Virus record (IMG/VR): IMGVR_UViG_3300045119_000559
Location: 1-60,870 of that record
Length of the DNA stretch: 60,870 bases
Strand: one strand, 5' to 3'
DNA from: a virus
Lineage: Duplodnaviria > Caudoviricetes
Part shown: positions 54,295-60,870 of the stretch, piece by piece
Layout: each line of letters starts with the position of its first letter
Numbering within the stretch: position 1 is the first letter of the stretch
Notes under the pieces: generated by a model
Told to the model about the DNA's origin: nothing
Databases searched by the model: none
Seen by the model: only the letters and a program-made list of their open reading frames with translations
Made by a program: the position numbers and the translations under genes

Positions 54295-54365
54295 GCGGGT
54301 GTAGCGCCACGGCCCACGTTCGCCTTAACGATAGTGGGATGCGGCCATGCGGGCCGCATGGCCCA

Positions 54366-54394
54366 TTGACCCGCTGTCCCACATCGTGCACTAT
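54366..54394 (+). promoter_or_regulatory. sigma70-type promoter
   Basis: TTGACC-N17-CACTAT. Confidence 0.55.
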
Positions 54395-54420
54395 AACCCC
54401 GCACCCAGGAGACCTTCCCC

Positions 54421-54942
54421 GTGAACGCCACGCCGAACCCTGCCCCCCGTACCGCACACATCACCATCCTCGGCCTCACGTTCGAGGCCCCGCAGCCCTA
54501 CAGCACCGGGCACCAGTGCACCGAAGCCGAGGCCGGAGTGCTCAACTCGGCCCTAGCTGAGAACTTGCGCAATAACTTCTCCCGCAAGGTGCGCGCAGCG
54601 TGCGAGGAAACAAAGACCGAGAAAGCACTGGAATTGAGTGTTCCGCACGTTGCGGAGCTGCAGCATCAATTCGCCAAATATGCCGCCGAGTATACCTTCG
54701 CCTCCGCGCGCCCCTCCGCAGCGCGATTGTCCCCCGTCGATCGCGCCGCGCATCGCATCGCCGCGGACCTCGTCCGGGAGAAGCTCCGCGAGCGCGGCCT
54801 ATCGGCGGTGGACTTGGCCGAGGGCAAGTTCGACGAACTCGTTGCGCAAGTCGCAGCGCGCGAAGCGGTGCAGGCAGAGGCCGCGCGAAGGGTCGCTGCA
54901 ACGCAGGCCATCGTGGACACTGCGCTCGATATCGGGGCTTAG
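54421..54942 (+). CDS. conserved-looking phage protein
   Basis: ITI.GL.F..PQPY..GH..TEAEA.VLN....ENLRNNF; RBS AGGAG. Confidence 0.75.
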   Translation: MNATPNPAPRTAHITILGLTFEAPQPYSTGHQCTEAEAGVLNSALAENLRNNFSRKVRAACEETKTEKALELSVPHVAELQHQFAKYAAEYTFASARPSAARLSPVDRAAHRIAADLVREKLRERGLSAVDLAEGKFDELVAQVAAREAVQAEAARRVAATQAIVDTALDIGA

Positions 54943-54945
54943 CCA

Positions 54946-55182
54946 ATGCCTGTGTGGTACTTTTTCGCCGTCGTCTGCATGTCAAACGCGCCAGCCGATT
55001 GCGAGCGAGTTGTGCTTGACAAGCCGCGCGAAGCGGCAAGCATCCACAGCAAAGGTATAATCATGCCTCCAGTGTTCGCCAGCGCTGCCGACTGCGTCCA
55101 TTCGATGCCGTCTATTCAGAATTTCCTCCCATTCAAGGTTATGGGTTCAGAATGGACTTCGATCGGCTGCATGAGGCAATAA
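54946..55182 (+). CDS. small Cys-containing hypothetical protein
   Basis: Four Cys, hydrophobic N-terminus. Confidence 0.5.
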   Translation: MPVWYFFAVVCMSNAPADCERVVLDKPREAASIHSKGIIMPPVFASAADCVHSMPSIQNFLPFKVMGSEWTSIGCMRQ

Positions 55183-55187
55183 TACGC

Positions 55188-55316
55188 ATGTACCGAACCA
55201 TCGCCGAAGCCGCCATCTGGCTTGTCCTTGCCGCCATGGTGCTCGCCATCGCTGCCGGCACCGCGCCGGATTGGCGCAATGAATACATCGGAGCCGCGCA
55301 GCATGTCAGGCAGTGA
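55188..55316 (+). CDS. 42-aa single-TM peptide
   Basis: Translated by hand: MYRTIAEAAIWLVLAAMVLAIAAGTAPDWRNEYIGAAQHVRQ. Confidence 0.45.
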   Translation: MYRTIAEAAIWLVLAAMVLAIAAGTAPDWRNEYIGAAQHVRQ

Positions 55317-55545
55317 ACTCAGGGCGCTCTGTACGGAGCTGCTGTATCAGGCCCTCACGGCGCCGATTGGCATCGCAGTTGTGACGAACGACCCAGAGCG
55401 GGCAGTACAGAGGTTGTATGCTGCCCGCACCGCTGCAGGCGATCCGCAGCTCGCGCGGCTGTCCCTGCGCCGCAACCCGCTGCGCCCGGAGGCCGAAGTG
55501 TTCATCATCAAGACCACCGTGGAGCGAACGGAGGCAATGCCATGA
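55303..55545 (+). CDS. hypothetical protein
   Basis: LYQAL.APIGIAV.TNDP....QRLYAAR...DP.L..LS; RBS GGAG. Confidence 0.65.
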   Translation: MSGSELRALCTELLYQALTAPIGIAVVTNDPERAVQRLYAARTAAGDPQLARLSLRRNPLRPEAEVFIIKTTVERTEAMP

Positions 55546-55748
55546 ACACCCTGAAGATCAAAGTCATTGGCGCTCGTGGCAGCGGCAAAACCACCATCAT
55601 GCGTCACATTCGGCGCATGCTGCAGGAACTCGACATTGCATGCACCAGCGAAGTGTGCGAGAACATCGACACAGAGAACCTGCTAGTGCAACTCAGCAAA
55701 CACGACCTTGCATTCCTGCAGGGCAAGATTGAGAGTCCTGCTGCATGA
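55542..55748 (+). CDS. small protein with P-loop motif
   Basis: IKVIGARGSGKTT in only 68 aa. Confidence 0.6.
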   Translation: MNTLKIKVIGARGSGKTTIMRHIRRMLQELDIACTSEVCENIDTENLLVQLSKHDLAFLQGKIESPAA

Positions 55749-55999
55749 CCTCCCGCCGCGACGGCGAACCGCGCACTCGGCGCCATATCTGGATCGACGA
55801 CGACGACTGGCAGTGGATCACCTCCCGGTGGGGCTCGCGGGACAGCATCGGAGTGTCGAAGGCGATAAGGCTCATCATAAAGACCTTCCGCCGCAATGCC
55901 GAGGCCGCGGCAGGGGCCAGCGCGAAGCGCCCACAGGTGGACATCAGCGCCGAGGTCGATGCGGCCGTCGCGGCACGCGAGGCGCAGGAACTTCCATAA
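55745..55999 (+). CDS. ribbon-helix-helix-like regulator
   Basis: TRRHIWIDDDDWQWI...GVSKAIRLII. Confidence 0.6.
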   Translation: MTSRRDGEPRTRRHIWIDDDDWQWITSRWGSRDSIGVSKAIRLIIKTFRRNAEAAAGASAKRPQVDISAEVDAAVAAREAQELP

Positions 56000-56011
56000 C
56001 GGAGACGCAAC

Positions 56012-56233
56012 ATGAACGGGTGCAGTTACCAAGGTAACAACACGTATCAGTGCTCTGGCAACATCGGCAACGGCACTGGCGTTGTGGTCTTCGAGACCAC
56101 GAAGTGGGCCAGCGATTCCGTCTACCTCGGCGAGACAGCCATTCTCCTCGGCATCGCCATCTGCCTCGTCACCGCCGCCCGCATCGCCTGGGTCAATCAG
56201 GCGAAGCTCTTTGGCCCCAGGGGCCGCCGCTGA
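56012..56233 (+). CDS. small single-TM protein
   Basis: RBS GGAG; TM segment AILLGIAICLVTAA. Confidence 0.55.
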   Translation: MNGCSYQGNNTYQCSGNIGNGTGVVVFETTKWASDSVYLGETAILLGIAICLVTAARIAWVNQAKLFGPRGRR

Positions 56234-56445
56234 TGGGTGCATTCAGCCTCACGCATTGGCTCCTCGTCGCCGGGGCGGTGATGTTGCTGTTCGGCGGCGG
56301 CAGGATATTCACCCGGACAATGGGCGACCTCGGGCAGGGGCTACGCCAGTTCAAGTCCGGCATGACGGAGGCGCTGGGGCCTACGGCCCCACCCACAGCG
56401 AAGTTGCCTCCGAAGGAGGACGAAGATGACGACCTCGATGCATAG
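56233..56445 (+). CDS. tatA: twin-arginine translocase TatA/E subunit
   Basis: MGAFSLTHWLLVAGAVMLLFGGGRI....MGDLGQGLRQFKSGM: TM with His at the polar position, FG hinge, amphipathic helix ending FK, acidic tail. Confidence 0.88.
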   Translation: MGAFSLTHWLLVAGAVMLLFGGGRIFTRTMGDLGQGLRQFKSGMTEALGPTAPPTAKLPPKEDEDDDLDA

Positions 56446-56944
56446 CACCCTGCTGCGTCCGAGCCGCCGTGGCATCATCGGTGCCCTGGGCGCCCTGTTC
56501 GCCGCCCCTGCCATCGTACGAGCCGCGTCCTTGGACGCCCTGCGCGGCGTGCCGTACGGCCTCGGTGCCGATGGCACCCTCGCGCCCATCACGCAGGGCT
56601 ACGCGACGGAGTCGCTCGACTACGAGTATTGGGTCTCCATGGGCGGCACCATCGTGCGTCGCAGTGCTCGCGACATCCTCGCCGCGCCTGCGGGCACGTA
56701 CCAACCTTGGCTTGGCATCAATGATACGCATATTGGTTCCAGCATAGCCTTCCGCCCTACCGACGGACAAAAGAAGGGTCTGTCATTCGCGTATGACAAG
56801 ACTACGCGCAGCTTGCAGATCATTAACTTCGACGACCCCCTTGCGCGCGATCCGGTCATTCTGCGGCTTCGCCAAGAGCAGGACGACTTACGCCAGCGCC
56901 TACAGCGGGCACAACTCGCGACGGGAGATGTACTTTATGGCTGA
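56426..56944 (+). CDS. twin-arginine-leader protein
   Basis: SRRGIIGALGALFAAPAIVRA|AS; overlaps the tatA 3' end. Confidence 0.7.
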   Translation: MTTSMHSTLLRPSRRGIIGALGALFAAPAIVRAASLDALRGVPYGLGADGTLAPITQGYATESLDYEYWVSMGGTIVRRSARDILAAPAGTYQPWLGINDTHIGSSIAFRPTDGQKKGLSFAYDKTTRSLQIINFDDPLARDPVILRLRQEQDDLRQRLQRAQLATGDVLYG

Positions 56945-57221
56945 TGCATCCGCCACATCTGCACTCGACGGCCCCGCCGCCTTGGCGCAGGCCGATGCAC
57001 AATCCCTAGAGGAACTTTTCTCCCGCGATCCCTTCGAGATGGCTGCGGAGGACAGCGCGGCGCAAAGCGCCGGCACCGCGCCTCGCAACTTCCCGGCCAT
57101 CGTCGCGGCGTTGCGGCGCCAGCGCTCCGCGTGGAAGATCGCCGAGACCCAGGGTGCGAAGCAGGGCAAGGCTAAGGCCCCGAAGGCCTCCGTGTCGCTC
57201 GCGGACCTCGGGCTAGAGTAG
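56937..57221 (+). CDS. hypothetical protein with C-terminal SLADLGL motif
   Basis: SLEELFSRDP...IVAALRRQR..W...E; RBS GGAG. Confidence 0.7.
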   Translation: MADASATSALDGPAALAQADAQSLEELFSRDPFEMAAEDSAAQSAGTAPRNFPAIVAALRRQRSAWKIAETQGAKQGKAKAPKASVSLADLGLE

Positions 57222-57226
57222 CGCCG

Positions 57227-57361
57227 ATGCAAACGTGGCAATGGGTGCTTCTCGGCATCGCCCAATTGGGGCAGTTCGCCGTCGCCGCACATTGCGTCTA
57301 TGACGAGTACTGGCTTGCCCCGCGCCGCCGCATCGCGCGCATTGCCAAGGTGTTCGAATGA
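57227..57361 (+). CDS. 44-aa hydrophobic peptide
   Basis: Translated by hand: MQTWQWVLLGIAQLGQFAVAAHCVYDEYWLAPRRRIARIAKVFE; ATGA coupling. Confidence 0.45.
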   Translation: MQTWQWVLLGIAQLGQFAVAAHCVYDEYWLAPRRRIARIAKVFE

Positions 57362-58353
57362 CCGCTGCAGCCGCGATGCAAGCGCCCGAGTCACCGGGCA
57401 TCGTCAATTCGTCATTCTCGCGCGTGCTGCCGCGCCTGCAGCTAGCATGGGACAGCACCTCCATCGGGGCGCTTAAGACCTGCCCGGAGTTCTACCACCT
57501 GAGCATCGTGGAGGGCTACCAGCCGCGCTTGCAGTCGCCTCATCTGACGTTCGGTATCCTTGTGCATCAGGCGAAGGAGACATACGACCGCCAGCGCGCC
57601 AGCGGCGCCGACCACGATGCCGCTGTGCTCGCCGTCGTGCAGCACCTCATGTGCGCAACGTGGGACCGCGAGCGCAAGCGCCCGTGGGCCAGCGGCGACG
57701 AGAATAAGAACCGCTATACCCTGTTGCGCACCGTGGTGTGGTACTTCGAGGAGTACAAGGACGATCCCATCCGCACGGTGCAGTTTGCGAATGGCAAGCC
57801 CGCGGTGGAACTGTCATTCTCGTTCGAGAGTGGCATCACCGCCAACACCGGCGAGCCCTACCTGCTGTGCGGCCACATCGACCGAGTGGGCGCCCTGAAC
57901 GACAAACTCTACGGCTGCGACGTGAAGACCTCGAAGTACGAACTCAACGCACGGTGGGTCGCGCAGTTTAGCCCGCACAATCAGTTCACCCTCTACGCCT
58001 TCGCCCTGCGGGTGTTCTACCAGCTGCCCGTGCAAGGGTTCATCGTCGATGGCGCGCAGGTGCTCGTGACTCTGTCGCGCTTCGGACGGGAGTTCATCCC
58101 GAGGGCGGAATCGCAGCTGGAGGAATGGTTTAGGGGCTTCGCGGTGTTGGTTCGGCAGGCCGAAGGCTACGCCCGCGATGGCTTCTGGCCCCTCAACGAG
58201 ACTTCTTGCGACAAATTCATGACCGCAGACGGCCGAGGTGGCTGCCCATTCCGCACCGTGTGCGCCCGGCCCCCTGAGGCCCGCGCCGCATGGTTGAAGA
58301 GCGACTTCGTGCGTAGGGTGTGGGACCCGCTGCAGGTGCGAGGGGATGTATGA
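57358..58353 (+). CDS. Cas4/RecB-like PD-(D/E)xK exonuclease
   Basis: DSTS....KTCP, FGILVH, AVEL.F, GHIDR, DVKTS, QF..Y, SC.K...CPFR.VC (4 Cys). Confidence 0.85.
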   Translation: MTAAAAMQAPESPGIVNSSFSRVLPRLQLAWDSTSIGALKTCPEFYHLSIVEGYQPRLQSPHLTFGILVHQAKETYDRQRASGADHDAAVLAVVQHLMCATWDRERKRPWASGDENKNRYTLLRTVVWYFEEYKDDPIRTVQFANGKPAVELSFSFESGITANTGEPYLLCGHIDRVGALNDKLYGCDVKTSKYELNARWVAQFSPHNQFTLYAFALRVFYQLPVQGFIVDGAQVLVTLSRFGREFIPRAESQLEEWFRGFAVLVRQAEGYARDGFWPLNETSCDKFMTADGRGGCPFRTVCARPPEARAAWLKSDFVRRVWDPLQVRGDV

Positions 58354-58556
58354 CCACTATCAACGCCGTGCAAATCTACGTCCCGGAGGACTGTCGGCAC
58401 GGTCTGTGCGACTGCGCCAGCGCGAAGGAGTGCAAGTTTCCGCGCTGCGACAATTGCGACGAAATCCTCGACGCCAATGGCAAGTGGATCGACGACAATC
58501 AGTACCACGGTGAGGAACCGCTGCATTGCCCAGACTGTGGAGCACCGCTGAAATGA
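58350..58556 (+). CDS. small zinc-finger protein
   Basis: Multiple CxxC motifs. Confidence 0.6.
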   Translation: MTTINAVQIYVPEDCRHGLCDCASAKECKFPRCDNCDEILDANGKWIDDNQYHGEEPLHCPDCGAPLK

Positions 58557-58813
58557 GTGTCGATCTCTGGTGGCAGCACGACGAGCATAGCAAGTACGAA
58601 TATCTCCACGCTGGTTGCTGCCCAAACCACATCGGATGGATCGAACGCAGCAGCAGTGGCAAAACGATGCTCATGGTACTCGATCTCCCAGGTGTAGCGT
58701 TGCGGAAATCTTACCTGCCGCCTGCGGAGGCCCGCGTGGAGATGGAGCGCGCCGCGGGAGACTGGTTCGACTTTGCCTGCACCAACCGCCCTGCAACAGA
58801 GGACGCCACATAG
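58553..58813 (+). CDS. hypothetical protein
   Basis: ATGA coupling. Confidence 0.55.
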   Translation: MSVDLWWQHDEHSKYEYLHAGCCPNHIGWIERSSSGKTMLMVLDLPGVALRKSYLPPAEARVEMERAAGDWFDFACTNRPATEDAT

Positions 58814-59721
58814 TGCCCAACATCGCGCAGCACCCGAGCGCCCGCTCGACGAAGCTCCTCCTCATCGGCGAGAGCGGCAGCGGCAAGACCGGCGGGCTGT
58901 GCAGCCTCGCCGCGGCGGGATATCGCCTGCGCATACAGGACTTCGACAACGGCACAGAGATAATGCGCAATTACCTCCTCGGCGACACGGCATATGTCAA
59001 GCAGTGCCCCGGTGTTGCCGCCAACGTCGAGTACGTCACCCTCACCGACCCAATGCGCAACATCGGCGGGCAGATATCGCCGCTGAGGGCCACCGCATGG
59101 CAACACGCGACGCAGCTGCTGATGCATTGGCGTTACTGGCTCGCCGCCGATGGCACCGTGCTGTGGGACAAGCCCAAGGACGATGCAGGAGCCACGCTCG
59201 TCGATCTTGGAAAGATCGTCGATTGGACCGAGCAGGACGTGCTCGTCATCGACACCCTCACCGGCGCCGCCAGCGCCGCCCTGAACTTCCACCTGCAGAT
59301 GAACGGCAAGCTCGGGCAGGCCAGGACGAGCAACGAGATAAGGCGGGATATTGGTGCGGCGCAGGGGCACATTCGCAAGTTGCTCGAACTCCTATACGAC
59401 GAAAGCATCAAGTGCAATGTCATCGTCAACAGCCATGTAACAACCGTCACCGAGAGTGGCTTGTCACCGCAGAGCGAGGACGCGAAGGACGAGCGCGACA
59501 CGGCGCGGGGGTTCCCCTCTGCCATCGGCCGGGCACTTTCACCACTGATACCCCGGTACTTCAACAGCGTGCTGGAGGCCGACACCGTCGGCTCCCGCCA
59601 CATCATCCGCACCGTGACGCGCAGCAGCGTCCTGTGCAAGACCGCTGCGCCGACCAAGGTCAAAGCAGAGTACGACCTGGCGAACGGGCTGGCGGAGTAC
59701 TTCAAGGCGGTGCGGGCATGA
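58813..59721 (+). CDS. AAA_24/Sak4-like ATPase (recombination)
   Basis: KLLLIGESGSGKTG, DFDNG, VLVIDTLT, NVIVNSH, G.AL...IPRYFN. Confidence 0.8.
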   Translation: MPNIAQHPSARSTKLLLIGESGSGKTGGLCSLAAAGYRLRIQDFDNGTEIMRNYLLGDTAYVKQCPGVAANVEYVTLTDPMRNIGGQISPLRATAWQHATQLLMHWRYWLAADGTVLWDKPKDDAGATLVDLGKIVDWTEQDVLVIDTLTGAASAALNFHLQMNGKLGQARTSNEIRRDIGAAQGHIRKLLELLYDESIKCNVIVNSHVTTVTESGLSPQSEDAKDERDTARGFPSAIGRALSPLIPRYFNSVLEADTVGSRHIIRTVTRSSVLCKTAAPTKVKAEYDLANGLAEYFKAVRA

Positions 59722-59963
59722 GCGCAAGCGCAGACATGGACGCTGACATCCGCGCGGTGAAGATCAAGTACTTCGGGCAATGCCCTGAGTACAAGTCGCA
59801 CGACGAAGGGGTGTTTGTGCTGGGCATGGTGACATGTTTTCTCATCTGTGCCGTGGGAGCAGTAATCATCAACTACCTTGCCGCAAGCAACTCGACCAGC
59901 GATATGATCAAGCACGGCTGTGGATCGTGGGCTCCGACAGGGCAATGGACATGGACGAGATAG
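59718..59963 (+). CDS. small single-TM protein
   Basis: TM segment VFVLGMVTCFLICAVGAVII. Confidence 0.5.
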   Translation: MSASADMDADIRAVKIKYFGQCPEYKSHDEGVFVLGMVTCFLICAVGAVIINYLAASNSTSDMIKHGCGSWAPTGQWTWTR

Positions 59964-60042
59964 CGCGCTTTGCGCGCCACCGAGGCACCGCCTAGAGGCG
60001 GAGCATTCACCGTAACGTCAACCTCATAAAGGACCAAGCAAA

Positions 60043-60498
60043 ATGGCTGTAGACTTCAAAATGCTGCTCGCTCGCAATCCCTCCGACGCTAAGCGCCCCC
60101 CGACGCTCCCCGCCGGCACGTACTACGGCGTCATCACGGCGTTCAAGTTCCAGGAGTCCAAGTGGGACAACCAGGACACCGGGGACAAGGACGCGCAGGT
60201 GCGCTACACGATCAAGAACCTCGAACCCGGCGAGGACATCCAGGCGACGCCGCAGTTGCTCGAAGGCATCGACCTCGCGAAGCGCCAGACGCAGGCCGAC
60301 CTGCCGCTGAGCGGCGGCAACGAGTACGTCACGAAGATGTTCCTCGAGTCCTTGGGCATCACGGCTGCGTCGTGGGGCGAAGCCTGCCCCGAAGCGCAAG
60401 GCAAGGCCGTCATGTTTGACGGAGTGCAGCGGATGAATAAGAACGACCCGAGCGCGCCGTTCTTCGACGTACGGAATTTGCGAGCGCGCCCTGCGTAG
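60043..60498 (+). CDS. putative single-stranded DNA-binding (DUF669-like OB-fold) protein
   Basis: RPPTLPAGTY.G.I; FLESLGI; follows the exonuclease and Sak4-like genes; RBS AAAGGA. Confidence 0.65.
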   Translation: MAVDFKMLLARNPSDAKRPPTLPAGTYYGVITAFKFQESKWDNQDTGDKDAQVRYTIKNLEPGEDIQATPQLLEGIDLAKRQTQADLPLSGGNEYVTKMFLESLGITAASWGEACPEAQGKAVMFDGVQRMNKNDPSAPFFDVRNLRARPA

Positions 60499-60507
60499 CG
60501 CCCGCAA

Positions 60508-60660
60508 CGAGAGTGGTGCGGTTCAATTCCGCCTCGGTGACTGAGATCAGGTGAGTAATAGGGTTCGAATCCCTCCCATGCGCGAGCATGGTTCCATTGC
60601 CCGCGCGGAGGCGGGAGTCTGACGGCTTGGCGGTTGCTGACAAGTGCAAGGAACCGCCAC
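60508..60660 (+). ncRNA. tRNA-like T-arm hairpins (not a full tRNA)
   Basis: GCGG-TTCAATT-CCGC (60518-60532) and AGGG-TTCGAAT-CCCT (60560-60574); downstream TGGCGGTT..AACCGCCA stem. Confidence 0.4.
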
Positions 60661-60667
60661 TAACATC

Positions 60668-60870
60668 GTGGAGCCCTTCGTGCCGTCCGTCCCGCCCGCC
60701 CTTGGCCGCCGCTACAGCCAGATCTTCTGGTTCGTGGCCCTCTCGCCAAGCGGCGTCATGAAGGCCCAGATATACGATATGCTCTACGCCGACGATGCAG
60801 ACGGCGGTCCCGACACTCGGTGCATTGACACCTACATCTCGCAACTCAACACCATGCTTCGCCAGCACGG
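60668..60870 (+). CDS. OmpR-type winged-helix DNA-binding protein (3' truncated)
   Basis: Translated by hand: ...QIFWFVALSPSGVMKAQIYDMLYADDADGGPDTRCIDTYISQLNTMLRQHG. Confidence 0.65.
   Translation, partial: MEPFVPSVPPALGRRYSQIFWFVALSPSGVMKAQIYDMLYADDADGGPDTRCIDTYISQLNTMLRQH

Noticed and set aside
56927-56944. C-terminal DVLYG of the Tat-leader protein matching the coat's RLDVLYG
   Set aside because: Only five residues, and they coincide with the RBS and start codon of the next gene, so probably chance. Worth rechecking by profile alignment given the 42072-42513 case.
60500-60590. Full tRNA gene
   Set aside because: T-arms are present, but no 7-bp acceptor stem or anticodon arm could be built.
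1-60870. Integrase/repressor lysogeny module or terminal repeats
   Set aside because: No recombinase motifs were seen. The window ends fall in two different genes and do not overlap, so neither circularity nor lifestyle can be established.

Overview
The window is most or all of a GC-rich (roughly 60-65%) dsDNA tailed phage genome with a P22-like podovirus head and tail. Both ends fall inside genes: a ParB-methyltransferase at the left and a winged-helix gene at the right. The host is probably a Rhizobiales-type alphaproteobacterium, judged from its TatA, DUF3309 and ADLxVKAP-type outer-membrane protein homologues. Layout: (i) 1-8.9 kb (+) is replication, nucleotide metabolism and endolysin: ParB-MTase, HNH, dNMP kinase, MazG-like, UDG-exonuclease, NDT-like, PolA, DUF3987-like ATPase, GH25. 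(ii) 9-43 kb (-) is the late/structural operon: TerL, portal, ART-like, scaffold, P22-type coat, gp4/gp10-like, ejection proteins and tail appendages. (iii) 43-47.9 kb is a control region with many sigma70 promoters, an origin-like repeat region and structured RNA candidates. (iv) 46-60.9 kb (+) holds early/middle genes: UvrD, GHKL-like, TatA, Cas4-like, Sak4-like AAA, SSB-like. No integrase, CRISPR array, reverse transcriptase or complete tRNA was seen. The best candidate for an undescribed system is an envelope-export programme. Every tail-appendage-like protein carries an N-terminal signal peptide and is Cys/Ser/Thr-rich. The phage also encodes an O-antigen-ligase/O-oligosaccharyltransferase-like enzyme, its own TatA, and twin-arginine-leader proteins, one of which is built from rearranged fragments of the phage's own coat protein. 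All family assignments come from motifs recognised by eye; no searches were run.
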